64,000 bases of DNA, taken from the NCBI GenBank assembly GCA_002269645.1, contig NIVC01001396.1, positions 124,001-188,000 on the forward strand, given 5' to 3'. Of the stretch, positions 12,983 through 50,500 are shown in pieces. Below the pieces are notes generated by a model. That model was given only the letters and a program-made list of their open reading frames with translations. It did no database searches and was not told the DNA's origin. The position numbers and the translations under genes were made by a program. How positions within the stretch are numbered: the first letter of the stretch is position 1; each line of letters starts with the position of its first letter. This DNA comes from Macrostomum lignano. Lineage: Eukaryota.

Positions 12983-15900
12983 ATGTTTCGTAATTGCTTT
13001 TTGAAGGGCCTGATTGTGCTTCTTTGCACGCTTGCTGTTGCTTATGGACAAAATTCTTCTGGTAAGCTCCTGAAGCTGCAAGACTTAGAAGTTAGAGTAG
13101 GCCTACTAAAGCATAGCTGAACAAAAAATGCACGATACTATCTTTAATAATTACATTTTGAATTTTTCCTATGCTTTTCATAAGAACAAATATTTTGTTA
13201 AATTCGTTCATTTACATTATTTCCTGTTTCAATAACTAACTTATTCAGTTATTGTCTTTCTTAATTTTCTGAATGTTTTGATACAATGTCGTCGTGGTCT
13301 ACGCACTAGGTTTGTCATTATTAATTTTATTGAATTTTAATTAATTTGCTGAACCTTTTTTTACATTTTAGAATGCCACACACTTAGTGGCACAGCTAAA
13401 AATGAGAACTGCAACAATTGTATTCGCAACACAGCTGTAAGTTCCTTTTCAAAATTTTGCTTAAGTATACCATAGTTAAGTAGAAATAGAATTAAAAATA
13501 TAAGCAATTCCTGAAATTAACTAAAGTTTAAATTAACTTTTAGCTTTTTTATATTTTGTAGTATTGGATATAGTTATTATAGTATAAGTACAGCAATTGA
13601 TTGACAGTGCTATCTAATTTTAATTGAGTTTAATGATAGATTTAGTTATTCTAAATTAATATATAAACACTATTAACTTTTATATTCACTTTATATTTGC
13701 AGTGCATGTACTGTTTCACTGATCACAAGTGCAAGCCTTACCCAGTTGGCCATTTGATTCCTGGTCCAAGTGATTGCCCACTTGCTGATGCACGCTGGGG
13801 CACTTGCTTTGTTAACTTCTTGGCCTTGATCATCTGCATGAGCATTCTGGCTTTTGTGATCCTTGTGATTGTACCCTGCTGCATCTATTGCTGCTGTTGC
13901 AGGAAAAAATCTGGACCAAGTCGCAGGTGAGCTGCTAGTAAACCAATTTTGTTACAATGAATTAAGTTTTTAGAGGATCTTGAAGTGTTTATGAAAGGAT
14001 ATTTGAATAATATTTTTAATCTGAAGTGAGATTAAAATATGGGATCTGAGAGTAAGATTTGGGAATTGAGAGTGAAATTGGGGATCTGATGGGATTAGGG
14101 ATCTGAAGTGGAGATTGGGCATCTGAGGGGGAGATTGGAGATCTGAGAGGGAGATTGGAGATCTGAGGGGGGAGATTGGAGATCTGAGAGGGAGATTGGG
14201 GATCTGAGAGGGAGATTGGGAATTGAGAATGAAATTGGGGATCTGAGGGGATTAGGGATCTGAAGTGGAGATTAGGCATTGGAGGGGGAGATTGGAGATC
14301 TGAGAGGGAGATTGGAGATCTGAGAGGGATATTGGGGATCTGAGAGGGAGATTGGGAATCTGAAGGGAAGATTGGGAATCTGAAGGGGAGATTGGGAATC
14401 TGAGAGGGAGATTGGGGATCTGAGGGGGAGATTGGGGATCTGAAGGGAAGATTGGGAATCTGAAGGGGAGATTGGGGATCTGAGGGGGAGATTGGAAATC
14501 TGAGGGGGAGATTGGGAATCTGAGTGGGAGATTGGAGATTTGAGAGGGAGATTAAGGATCTGAGAGGGATATTGGGGATCTGAGAGGGAGATTGGGAATC
14601 TGAAGGGAAGATTGGGAATCTGAAGGGGAGATTGGGAATCTGAGAGGGAGATTGGGGATCTGAGGGGGAGATTGGGGATCTGAAGGGAAGATTGGGAATC
14701 TGAAGGGGAGATTGGGAATCTGAGGGGGAGATTGGGAATCTGAGTGGGAGATTGGAGATTTGAGAGGGAGATTAAGGATCTGAGAGGGAGATTGGGGATC
14801 TGAAAGGGGGATTGGGAATCTGAGAGGGAGATTGGTGATCTGAGGGGGAGATTGCGGATCTGAGAGGGAGATTGGGGATCTGAGGGGGAAATTGAGGATC
14901 TGAGAGGGAGATTGAGAATCTGAGAGGGAGATTGGGGATCTGAGATTAATATTGGGGATCTGAGAGTGATATTGGGACTCTCCGAAGCTGAGATTGAGAT
15001 TTAGTATTTGAAATTAAGATTGTTACGAGTAAAATTAAAATGGGTTTCTGCATACTCTTATAATACTGTAGGCCTATTACCATACGTTTTAACATTTTTT
15101 TCCAGAGCTTTGGCCGAAAGTGCCAAGTACGAACAGGAACGAACTGAGCGTGAAGCCAGACACGCTGAGCGGTAAATTTCCTAGCTATATATATTCCATT
15201 TTATACTACTTAACGCTAGTAAAAAGTATGATTTTTTATTTCTAAAAAGTTTACTTCCAAACAAAACGTTTTTAGTCGAAACGATCGCGAGAAGAAATAC
15301 GACGAAATTCGGGCTAAATATGGTGCGTTAAAATTTTATTAAAAAATTAGTATTGATTTTACTCAATTTATCTAATATAGTGTGCCCACGGTTGTATATT
15401 TTTATAAGGTCGATTTGATGAACTTTTTATTACGTAAAAACTCGATTTATGCATCTCATCTTTAGAGCCCCGGTCTAATTCAACCTCTTCCCCACGAATG
15501 TACACTCAGCCCCAGTCTAGCTCAACCCCTTCCTCTAGAGTGTACACTCAGCCCCAGTCTAATTTAACCCCTTCCCCTAGAGTGTACACTCAGCCCCAGT
15601 CTAATTCAACCCCTTCCTCTAGAGTGTACACTCAGCCTAGGTCTAATTCAACCCCTTCCCACGAATGTACACTCAGCTCCAGTCTAATCCAACCCCTTCC
15701 CCTAGAGTGTACACTCAGCCCCAGTCTAATTCAACCCCTTCCCCACGAATGTACACTCAGCCCCAGTCTAGCTCAACCCCTTCCCATAGAGTGTACACTC
15801 AGCCCCAGTCTACTTTAACCCCTTCCCCTAGAGTGTACACTCAGCCCCAGTCTAATTCAACCCCTTCCCCTAGAGTGTACACTCAGCCCCAGTCTACTTT

Positions 15901-17900
15901 AACCCCTTCCCCTAGAGTGTACACTCAGCCCCAGTCTAATTCAACCCCTTCCCTAGAGTGTACACTCAGCCCCAGTCTACTTTAACCCCTTCCCCTAGAG
16001 TGTACACTCAGCCCCAGTCTAATTCAACCCCTTCCCCTAGAGTGTACACTCAGCCCCAGTCTACTTTAACCCCTTCCCCTAGAGTGTACACTCAGCCCCA
16101 GTCTAATTCAACCCCTTCCCCTAGAGTGTACACTCAGCCCCAGTCTACTTTAACCCCTTCCCCTAGAGTGTACACTCAGCCCCAGTCTAATTCAACCCCT
16201 TCCCCTAGAGTGTACACTCAGCCCCAGTCTACTTTAACCCCTTCCCCTAGAGTGTACACTCAGCCCCAGTCTAATTCAACCCCTTCCCCTAGAGTGTGCA
16301 CTCAGCCTCGGTCTAATTCAACCCCTTCCCCTAGAGTGTACACTCAGCCCCAGTCTAATTTAACCCCTTCCCCTAGAGTGTACACTCAGCCCCAGTCTAA
16401 TTCAACCCCTTCCCACGAATGTACACTCAGCTCCAGTGCAAGAAATGATTTTTTAGCACTATCAAATCAAACGCGCAGGACTTCGAACCAGAGGCCAAGC
16501 TGCCTCACACGATGACTCTAATCCTCTATTGTTTGACGACCAGCTTGCTTAAGTATTTTAATTTAAAGTTAATATATATACGGCATATTATCCTAAAAGT
16601 TTCGTTGATGTCTTTTCTTTTATAATTATTAGTTTAATCCCTCGTTTGCAAATCTCAATGGCTAGATATCCATATATTTTAAGCATGACTAAAAAATAAC
16701 GTTTAGAAATCTATGCAAAATATGTGCTAAGTTGTTATGTTTATTTGTTTGTTACCGTTTATTTTTTATTATTGAACTCTTGTTCTACTGTCAGCTGTTC
16801 GATAAAGGCAGTGTCACCTGTTAGACAGGGAATAGTGTCGCACCTGTTAGACAGGGGATAGTGTCACACCTGTTAGACAGGGATAGTGTCACATCTGTTA
16901 GACAGGGGATAGTGTCACACCTGTTAGACAGGGGATAGTGTCACACCTGTTAGACAGGGGATAGTGTCACACCTGTTAGACAGGGGATAGTGTCACACCT
17001 GTTAGACAGGGGATAGTGTCACACCTGTTAGACAAGGGGATAGTGTCACACCTGTTAGACAAGGGGATAGTGTCACACCTGTTAGACAGGGGATTGTGCC
17101 AAACCTGTTAGACAGGGGATTGTGTCACACCTGTTAGACAAGGGGATAGTGTCACACCTGTTAGACAGGGGATTGTGTCACACCTGTTAGACAAGGGGAT
17201 AGTGTCACACCTGTTAGACAGGGGATAGTGTCACACCCTGTTAGGGGATCGTGCCATCAGTTAGACAGGGGATAGTGTCACCTGTTAGACAGGGGATAGT
17301 GTCACACCTGTTAGGGGATAGTGCCACCTGTTAGAGTTAGACAGGGGATAGTGTCACCTGTTAGACAGGGGATCGTGCCATCAGTTAGACAATGGATAGT
17401 GTCACCTGTTAGACAGGGGATAGAGTCACACCTGTTAGGGGATAGTGCCACCTGTTAGAGTTAGACAGGGGATAGTGTCACCTGTTAGACAGGGGATCGT
17501 GCCATCAGTTAGACAATGGATAGTGTCACCTGTTAGACAGGGGATAGTGTCACACCTGTTAGGGGATAGTGCCACCTGTTAGAGTTAGACAGGGGATAGT
17601 GTCACCTGTTAGACAGGGGATCGTGCCATCAGTTAGACAATGGATAGTGTCACCTGTTAGACAGGGGATAGTGTCACACCTGTTAGGGGATAGTGCCACC
17701 AGTTAGAACGTGTTAACTTTTTGCGTATTTCATTTTAAAAATGTATCATGTGTATTTCGTGTTGTAAAACTCTTTAGATTTAATTACAGTGATGGACACA
17801 AAGAATTTTTTTACCAAAAAATCTTTTATCTTATTTTTAAGGCCTGGCTACCCATGGTTCGAGGCCCGAGTCTGGCTATCGCGAGTTCGACAATGCCTAA
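12983..17900 (+). CDS. PTTG1IP: PTTG1-interacting protein (PTTG1IP/PBF) homologue. Exons 12983-13061, 13372-13436, 13703-13926, 15106-15171, 15276-15322, 17842-17900
   Basis: Signal peptide; PSI-like Cys domain (C..C...C.YC....C....C..ADARWGTCFVNF); TM helix followed by CCCC+basic residues; coiled region ending YDEIRAKYG; C-terminus LATHGSRPESGYREFDNA* with a YxxF motif. All junctions are in phase. Confidence 0.88.
14035..14990. repeat. G-rich 20-bp minisatellite (GAGATTGGGGATCTGAGRGG)n
   Basis: Direct reading; lies in PTTG1IP intron 3. Confidence 0.95.
15468..16435. repeat. C-rich 42-bp minisatellite (GTGTACACTCAGCCCCAGTCTAATTCAACCCCTTCCCCTAGA)n
   Basis: Direct reading; explains the spurious YTQPQSNSTPSPRV ORFs. 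Confidence 0.95.
16811..17705 (+). repeat. Minisatellite (GTGTCACACCTGTTAGACAGGGGATA)n, 23-27 bp; left arm of a long inverted repeat
   Basis: The unit is the exact reverse complement of the unit at 20233-21025. Confidence 0.95.
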
Positions 17901-18315
17901 AATCAAATTTCTGAGGCGATTTTGTGAACTTTTTTTTGTTCAAGAAGAATCGAGACATTGCCTGAAATATGGGCCGATTCGATGACATTAATTTTTGTGA
18001 CTTCATCAATCTTTATTGGGAAGCTTTGAATAATAAAATCATTTTACGTAAAATTTTCTGAGAAGGTTGAATTTAATTTTTTTCTTTTATTCCGTTTTTT
18101 TTAAAGAAAAAACACTCCAATTGCGTCATTTCAGTTTAGATAAAAAGTTCTGCGATAACATTTTAAGTTCTAATTTTTTTCGTAAATATACCTAAATGAC
18201 TCTGCGAACCAGAAATTTCGTTTTTTTTGCTATCTAACCTCTAATTAATTCTATCTGTGAATTTGTTTGCCTTGTAATAAAATTATTATTGACAGGTTGT
18301 ATTGACTTTAGCATC

Positions 18316-19905
18316 ACTGACACCTAATTTTGGTCATTCCTGACACCTAATTCGGGTCATTCCTGACACCTAATTCGGGTCATTCCTGACACCTAATTCG
18401 GGTCATTCCTGACACCTAATTTTGGTCATTCCTGACACCTAATTTTGGTCATTCCTGACACCTAATTTGGGACATTCCTGACACCTAATTTGTGGCATTC
18501 CTGACACCTAATTTGGGACATTCCTGACACTTAGTTTGGGACATTCCTGACACCTAATTTGTGGCATTCCTGACACCTAATTTGGGACATTCCTGACACT
18601 TAGTTTGGGACATTCCTGACACCTAATTTGTGGTATTCCTGACACCTAATTTGTGGCATTCCTGACACCCAATTTGTGGTATTTCTGACACCTAATTTGT
18701 GGTATTCCTGACACCTAATTTGTGGTATTCCTGACACCTAATTTGTGGTATTCCTGACACCTAATTTGTGGCATTCCTGACACTTAATTTGGGACATTCC
18801 TGACACTTAATTTTGGACATTCCTGACACTTAGTTTGGGACATTCCTGACACCTAATTTGGGACATTCCTGACACCTAATTTGTGGTATTCCTGACACCT
18901 AATTTGTGGTATTCCTGACACCTAATTTGTGGTATTCCTGACACCCAATTTGTGGTATTCCTGACACCTAATTTCTGGCATTCCTGACACTTAATTTGGG
19001 ACATTCCTGACACCTAATTTGTCGAATTCCAGACACTTAATTTGTGGTATTTCTGACACCTAATTTGTGGTATTCCTGACACTTAATTTGGGACATTCCT
19101 GACACTTAATTTGGGACATTCCTGACACTTAATTTGGGACATTCCTGACACTTAATTTGGGACATTCTTGACACTTAATTTGTGGTATTTCTGACACCTA
19201 ATTTGTGGTATTTCTGACACCTAATTTGTGGTATTCCTGACACCTAATTTGTGGCATTCCTGACACCTAATTTGTGATATTCCTGACACCCAATTTGCTG
19301 TATTTCTGACACTTAATTTCTGGCATTCCTGACACTTAATTTGGGACATTCCTGACACCTAATTTGTGGTATTCCTGACACCTAATTTGTGGTATTCCTG
19401 ACACCAAATTTGTGGAATTCCTGATACTTAATTTGGGACATTCCTGACACTTAATTTGGGACATTCCTGACACTTAATTTGGGACATTCCTGACACCTAA
19501 TTTGTGGTGTTCCTGACACCTAATTTGTCGAATTCCTGACACTTAATTTGGGACATTCCTGACACTTAATTTGGGACATTCCTGACACTTAATTTGTTGT
19601 ATTCCTGACACCTAATTTGTGGCATTCCTGACGCTTAATTTGTGGCATTCCTGACGCTTAATTTGTGGTATTCCTGACACCTAATTTGTGGCATTCCTGA
19701 CGCTTAATTTGTGGTATTCCTGACGCTTTATTTGTGGCATTCCTGACGCTTAATTTGTGGTATTTCTGACACCTAATTTGTGGTATTTCTGACACCTAAT
19801 TTGTGGTATTCCTGACACCTAATTTGTGGCATTCCTGACACCCAATTTGTGGCATTCCTGACACCCAATTTGTGGCATTCCTGACACCTAATGTGTGATA
19901 TATGA
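18316..19905. repeat. 21-bp minisatellite (TTCCTGACACCTAATTTGTGG[C/T]A-like)n
   Basis: Direct reading; sits between the inverted arms. Confidence 0.95.
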
Positions 19906-20232
19906 CACCAATAACACGTCAATAACGCGTCATCAAGAATACAAAGCTACTGTCAATTATTCTATTATTTAATAATTGATAAATATCTGACATCTATGGT
20001 GATCATCGCCATGTTGTTTTTTGGAATCTTGTCTGTTTAATTGAACAGCAAATTTTTTATTCTTTTCCTATCCGCTTTGTTGAACGGAATCAGTTTTTGG
20101 TGTAAATATATTTAGTTACATAAATATTGAAAATATTGTTCATTATATTTTTATCCTCATAAATATTTTAATTCGCTTCAGGTTTGAAGCTTCAACTTCT
20201 AATTTTATTTAAAACAGAGAAGACTACTTTCT

Positions 20233-21025
20233 GACAGGTGATACTATCCCCTGTCTAGCCGGTGACACTATCCCTGTCCAACAGGTGACACTATCCTCTG
20301 TCTAACCGGTGACACTATCCCTGTCTAGCCGGTGACACTATCCCTGTCCAACAGGTGACACTATCCTCTGTCTAACCGGTGACACTATCCCTGTCTAACC
20401 GGTGACACTATCCCTGTCCAACAGGTGACACTATCCCTGTCCAACAGGTGACACTATCCCTGTCTAACCGATGACACTATCCCTGTCCAACAGGTGACGC
20501 TATCCCTGTCTAACCGGTGACACTATCCTCTGTCTAACCGGTGACACTATCCCTGTCTAACCGGTGACACTATCCCTGTCTAACAGATGTGACACTATCC
20601 CCTGTCTAACAGGTGTGACACTATCCCCTGTCTAACAGATGTGACACTATCCCCTGTCTAACAGGTGTGACACTATCCCCTGTCTAACAGGTGTGACACT
20701 ATCCTCTTGTCTAACAGGTGTGACACTATCCTCTTGTCTAACAGGTGTGACGCTATCCTCTTGTCTAACAGGTGTGACACTATCCCCTATCTAACAGGTT
20801 TGACACTATCCTCTTGTCTAACAGGTGTGACACAATCCCCTGTCTAACAGGTGTGACACAATCCCCTGTCTAACAGGTGTGACACTATTCCCTGTCTTAC
20901 AGGTGTGACACTATCCCCTGTCTTACAGGTGTGACACTATCCCCTGTCTAACAGGTGTGACACTATCCCCTGTCTAACAGGTGTGACACTATCCCCTGTC
21001 TAACAGGTGTGACACTATCCCTGTT
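20233..21025 (-). repeat. Minisatellite (TATCCCCTGTCTAACAGGTGTGACAC)n; right arm of the long inverted repeat
   Basis: Reverse complement of 16811-17705, with unit variants in mirrored order. Confidence 0.95.
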
Positions 21026-21292
21026 TAATAGGGACTTGTGAGATTTGTACAATGTACATGTTAGGCTATAAGTTAGTTGACTGTATAGTGTATGCCCTAC
21101 ATACAGTCACCCACAGCCAATAGAATTCTGTAAAATGTCTCATTGGCCAGGCCAGCCTATTGCAGCTACATGCAAGTATAAATGCTATGCCTTGGCTACA
21201 AAGTGAGTTGTTCTGCAGAATAAAAGCACAGAATCATTTATCGTATCTCTCTCTCTCATTGTTTAGTGTAACTTTTCTATCATAAAACATCA

Positions 21293-44718
<23,426 letters not shown>

Positions 44719-44726
<8 letters not shown>

Positions 44727-46077
44727 CTGACTGACTGACTGACTGACTGACTGACTGACTGACTGACTGACTGACTGACTGACTGACTGACTGACTGACT
44801 GACTGACTGACTGACTGACTGACTGACTGACTGACTGACTGACTGACTGACTGACTGACTGACTGACTGACTGACTGACTGACTGACTGACTGACTGACT
44901 GACTGACTGACTGACTGACTGACTGACTGACTGACTGACTGACTGACTGACTGACTGACTGACTGACTGACTGACTGACTGACTGACTGACTGACTGACT
45001 GACTGACTGACTGACTGACTGACTGACTGACTGACTGACTGACTGACTGACTGACTGACTGACTGACTGACTGACTGACTGACTGACTGACTGACTGACT
45101 GACTGACTGACTGACTGACTGACTGACTGACTGACTGACTGACTGACTGACTGACTGACTGACTGACTGACTGACTGACTGACTGACTGACTGACTGACT
45201 GACTGACTGACTGACTGACTGACTGACTGACTGACTGACTGACTGACTGACTGACTGACTGACTGACTGACTGACTGACTGACTGACTGACTGACTGACT
45301 GACTGACTGACTGACTGACTGACTGACTGACTGACTGACTGACTGACTGACTGACTGACTGACTGACTGACTGACTGACTGACTGACTGACTGACTGACT
45401 GACTGACTGACTGACTGACTGACTGACTGACTGACTGACTGACTGACTGACTGACTGACTGACTGACTGACTGACTGACTGACTGACTGACTGACTGACT
45501 GACTGACTGACTGACTGACTGACTGACTGACTGACTGACTGACTGACTGACTGACTGACTGACTGACTGACTGACTGACTGACTGACTGACTGACTGACT
45601 GACTGACTGACTGACTGACTGACTGACTGACTGACTGACTGACTGACTGACTGACTGACTGACTGACTGACTGACTGACTGACTGACTGACTGACTGACT
45701 GACTGACTGACTGACTGACTGACTGACTGACTGACTGACTGACTGACTGACTGACTGACTGACTGACTGACTGACTGACTGACTGACTGACTGACTGACT
45801 GACTGACTGACTGACTGACTGACTGACTGACTGACTGACTGACTGACTGACTGACTGACTGACTGACTGACTGACTGACTGACTGACTGACTGACTGACT
45901 GACTGACTGACTGACTGACTGACTGACTGACTGACTGACTGACTGACTGACTGACTGACTGACTGACTGACTGACTGACTGACTGACTGACTGACTGACT
46001 GACTGACTGACTGACTGACTGACTGACTGACTGACTGACTGACTGACTGACTGACTGACTGACTGACTGACTGACTG
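44719..46077. repeat. Perfect (GACT)n microsatellite, about 1.36 kb
   Basis: Uninterrupted run that starts inside the last codons of the channel CDS. Confidence 0.98.
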
Positions 46078-47560
46078 CGGTCATCACAATATAACGACAG
46101 CACAACTTATTTTGTTGATTTTCAAAAATTATAAACTTAACTCAATCAACTCAATATTAGCATATACATATACTTTGTCCTTGTCCAAATGCATCCCGTA
46201 ATTTTTCATATTTCACCCTGAGCCCTACACATAATTTTGACGTTACTTGAAGCGAAAATCTTGCAGAACTTCTTCTAATGTGCAAAGAAACAGCTAGCTT
46301 TCGAATTTTCTGATCTGTTTATACTGACAGCTACAGAAAATGCTTTTAATAATTAACATGTATACCTTTATGAATAGCTTAGAAATAGCTTAGAAATTAG
46401 AAATAAGCTATTTTACATGTAATAATTACTTGCGTACAAGTGGCTGAATGGATATTATTGAAATTAGATTTTTATAAGCGATCGACTTGTATGCAATTTA
46501 TGCGTGTGTGTTTACTTAAAGCAAGAAATACATGTACAAGTATAATTGACTAATTTTGCGTGTGTACATGTACATTTAGCTGACTGAAACAAACCATGCA
46601 CACAGGCACAAATAAATAGCTACAATTATAGCTAACAATGCATGAACATGCAGTGTGTCCACATCAATTGTAGACTCCCTGTGACATTGGAGATACCCTC
46701 TCCGTATATAGCAAGGGCGTGTTAGTAGGCTTAGCCTTAGATAAAGATACATTACATGCATGTACCCTCTCTCTAAACTTTTGCCATTACATGCAGGACC
46801 GAACGATGGATAACGACAACTGAACGTCAGTTTAATTTAAAGTGCATATTTATCATTGGCGTCGATAGACGTCGGAAGTCAGTACGAGGGGCCGGGCACT
46901 CTATTTAATTTTTCTAGGAAATTGGCCTCCAAAAATTACGTACGGTCTTTTGAGTTTTACATAAATTGCACAGTTTTTCAAAGTGCATCATGTTCATGTC
47001 CTGCTGTTATACTAAAAGTGGTCCTTGGGAACAATAACGGGAGTCAGAAAGTAAAATTGGGGCACGAGTAGAGCAGTTTTACATTTCACTGTTTTCGTAG
47101 AGATCGTTACTACTGACACGGAAAATATTATATGTAAACATGTGTATATGTATGAACATATACTATAAATTATCAAGAATTACGTCGTAGCAAGAGCCAC
47201 AAACCAATTCATCACTACATCACTACATGATTCGTACATGCAGCTGGTATAGCCGACACGATCAGCGCCAGACAGTTCCCGTAGCAGAGCAAAGGAGCTG
47301 AACCAAAAAATGGATAATTGCAAATAAGTGTTTTTCTTTTTGAAGGTAATTATCTATAGTTAAAAGTTATTTATTAAGAACCTTATATAGAGCGTATCTA
47401 TCATTATTGACAACTGATACTGAATATTTTGTTTGTGTTTATTTTAATCTCGGAAAGAACACACGCTTAAAATAACACACGTGCATCACTTGAGTCGCGA
47501 GTCCTACAACCGCACTTTTAACTTGACGAGCGTAATAGTGTAACGCCAGCTAGAATTATC

Positions 47561-50500
47561 ATGCAGAAAGTTGTGTCTAAGTCAGAAATACTTCGCTTGG
47601 TTTGCCAGTGCATGACTAAGATAGGAACCAATCCAAAGCATGCTAATCAGTTAGCAACGCTACTATACTGTGCTGACTATCGAGGACATTATAGCCATGG
47701 TCTTAACAGGCTTGGTGCGTTTTTATTACCAGTATACTCACGAAATAACGTCCATGAACATGTACGCTATAACTCTTAGGCTAAACCTTGCTATTTTTCG
47801 CATGCTTTACTTCGATAAAAAAATCTATTCTCATTTATAGCCTTATAGGCATAGGCCTACTAAGTGTTTAACAAAGGAAGAGCTTATGCCCATAGCATTC
47901 TAGCATAGCATAGTTAAACCTAGGCTAGGCGGCCCTTAGAGCTAACTAGATATATATTCCATGATTTTTCACAATATACAAATATTGCATGAATAGGCCT
48001 ATGAATATTACAACTAGCTAAATCACTATCAGTCAGTGGACAGTGTTGACAAATGACAAATGTGTTTAACAAATGACTAGGCCTAGTCCTAAAGTCAAGA
48101 GTCAAGACAAAGTATTATGTAGGCCTAGCTAGAAACGAAATCTAGTCAATCTAGCAACAAGACAATCTAGCAACAATCAATTTGGCAATAGTAAATCTAG
48201 TGACTAAATTTTTGTTTATTATAAATTAACTTTGCAACAGGACAGCAAATGTGTTATCATCATTGGATAGAAGTGGTGCCAGGGATCATAATAATGCTCA
48301 AAACAGCTGACTAATCACAATTATATTCAATTGCGAACTACTCACTGTCTGCTTACTGTCATAAAACTTTTTTCAATATGTTTAAATTAAACTTTTGTTT
48401 ATTATTTCATTTTAGGCCTACAGTCCCCTTATATTTGTCCTATAGAACATGGCACTTTCCTTATATAATCCTTTATATAAAAAATAAGAGTCTTGTTTGC
48501 ATATCAGTATTAAGTATATTTGAAGCACAATTACCCTAATTAATTATAAGCCACAATTCTTGGCAATAGTAGGGATATTTCTATATTCACTTCTATTATA
48601 CAATCATTCAAGTGAAAGAAATATATGGAAAGGGATCGGATAATGAAACTTGGGCTTTTCATCAATTTTGTAATACAATCCCCTAAGTCAAAAGTGTGTT
48701 TTCAAAAGATCATATACCTAACATGCAAAATAACCCCTGTAAAAATTTTAGCAATGGCCAATAAGAAGAATTCTCCTAGGTTGTTTCATATAATTTGGCA
48801 TGCAGTGCATGTAGCTCTGCATCGGCTGCATGCATTGCTAGGCTAAAAGACTATATCTTGTGTATAGATTGGCCTAACAAGTGGAACACGGTTGACAATT
48901 CCCTCACTTTCACTATACAATCCCTTTCTATACATTTCCTCCACTTGAATGATTATATAACAAAAGTGAATATAGAGATGTTCCTACTATTCCTACTGTG
49001 AAGAATCTTGTCAAGGCTTTATTTGATTGCCTTGTTTTCGTTGCACTCAACTTCAAATAGACAGCAATTGAAACTGCCTTAATGCAGTGTCTTTGACTCA
49101 TGGATAACATTTTGTCTAGTGTCTTTTCTTTGACTGCATCTTTTACACAGGGTTGTATAACGAAAGTGCCTAAGAATAGGGATCGTAGAACAAAAGAATG
49201 CCATACTTCTTTGAAATGTTGCAATAAACAAAATTATGCAAACAAAGAAGATATCTCACAATAACTCTTTGCATGACTTGTAATATTTCATTATAAAAAT
49301 TATATTGATAAGTTGTATAGTTATATTTTACTTTTTATTTTTAAGAAGTCATTTTGTCTACCAGCAGACAAAATGGCTGCATTTAGCCTACAACTCTATA
49401 AGTAAAAGCTATTAAATTAATTATTTATAATACTATGACTATCCTTTAATGCATGGCTATAGTATAGAATTATTCATTAAATTATTTTTTCACTAGAATT
49501 CAATTGCTTTCTATTTTTAGAGTTCAAAATATAAAACAAGTGAATAACTAATTGTTTAACATATACTGGCACAAAAATTGTTTTTTTATGGTCAATTGCT
49601 ACTTAAAAGCTAGCTATGTCCATATTTCTACAAATAGCACAATCTAACTAACTTGAAGCTGCTAGTCAGAAGCTCAGAAAGTAAGCAATGGCTTGAATTA
49701 AATCTTAATATTAGCATATTGATGACCATTAATTTTTCAATCTCAAACATATCTTCTATTTAAGCTCCCCTTTGGCACTATTACAGCCTTTGATCAAATA
49801 TTTTATGCTTTGTATATGTAAAACTGATATTACTTTAATAATTCCTGATATATCTGCATAAATTCATAAAATGATGTATCTTGGTTAGATAAAATTACCT
49901 AGTAGTTATACTATTATCTAATATTAAAATGATACCTTCATGTCATAATGTGGCACTCTGGTTAGGCATAGCAACTAGAATATACTTGTGTGTTCCATGC
50001 TCAACTATGACTAATACCCACTAGTCTTGCTAATAGGCACCTTGGTTATAGGCTTACTTGTATTGGAAAAATATGACTTATTAATTTCTACCTTTTACCT
50101 AATACTACTAAGCTATATTGAATAAGCCTAGTCCAATACATATTTAGGCATAGCTGTCATAGATAAATTTCTGCCAATTGATCATTGACTGATAGCTAAT
50201 ACTGCACTAGAATATATTTTTTGCTGCCTGACATTTTCAAACCACTAATAGATAAGATAGGATAAAGGCTTGAGCATGGCAACCAAGATAGGCCCAAGCA
50301 TAGCTATCAATGAACCAATCACCTTGATGACATTGTAGACAAAGAGGTATACTAGGACAGTTATTTTATGCATATTAGTTGGCCATGAGGTAGTAGGTTG
50401 CCAGCCAGTTAATTAGGTTACAGGTTAAAATTGTCACCATAGCAAGGTCTTGCATTGTTATATCTATGTTATATAAGAATATCTATAATAACTATATGGA

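Noticed and set aside
15409-15437. Alternative PTTG1IP last exon (GRFDELFIT*); a similar candidate lies at about 20182 (GLKLQLL...)
   Set aside because: Exon 17842-17900 gives the family-typical GL...YxxF ending. These remain possible minor isoforms but have no sequence support.
46880-46930. TACGAGGGG, resembling a mariner TIR start
   Set aside because: No matching right-hand inverted repeat or transposase found nearby.
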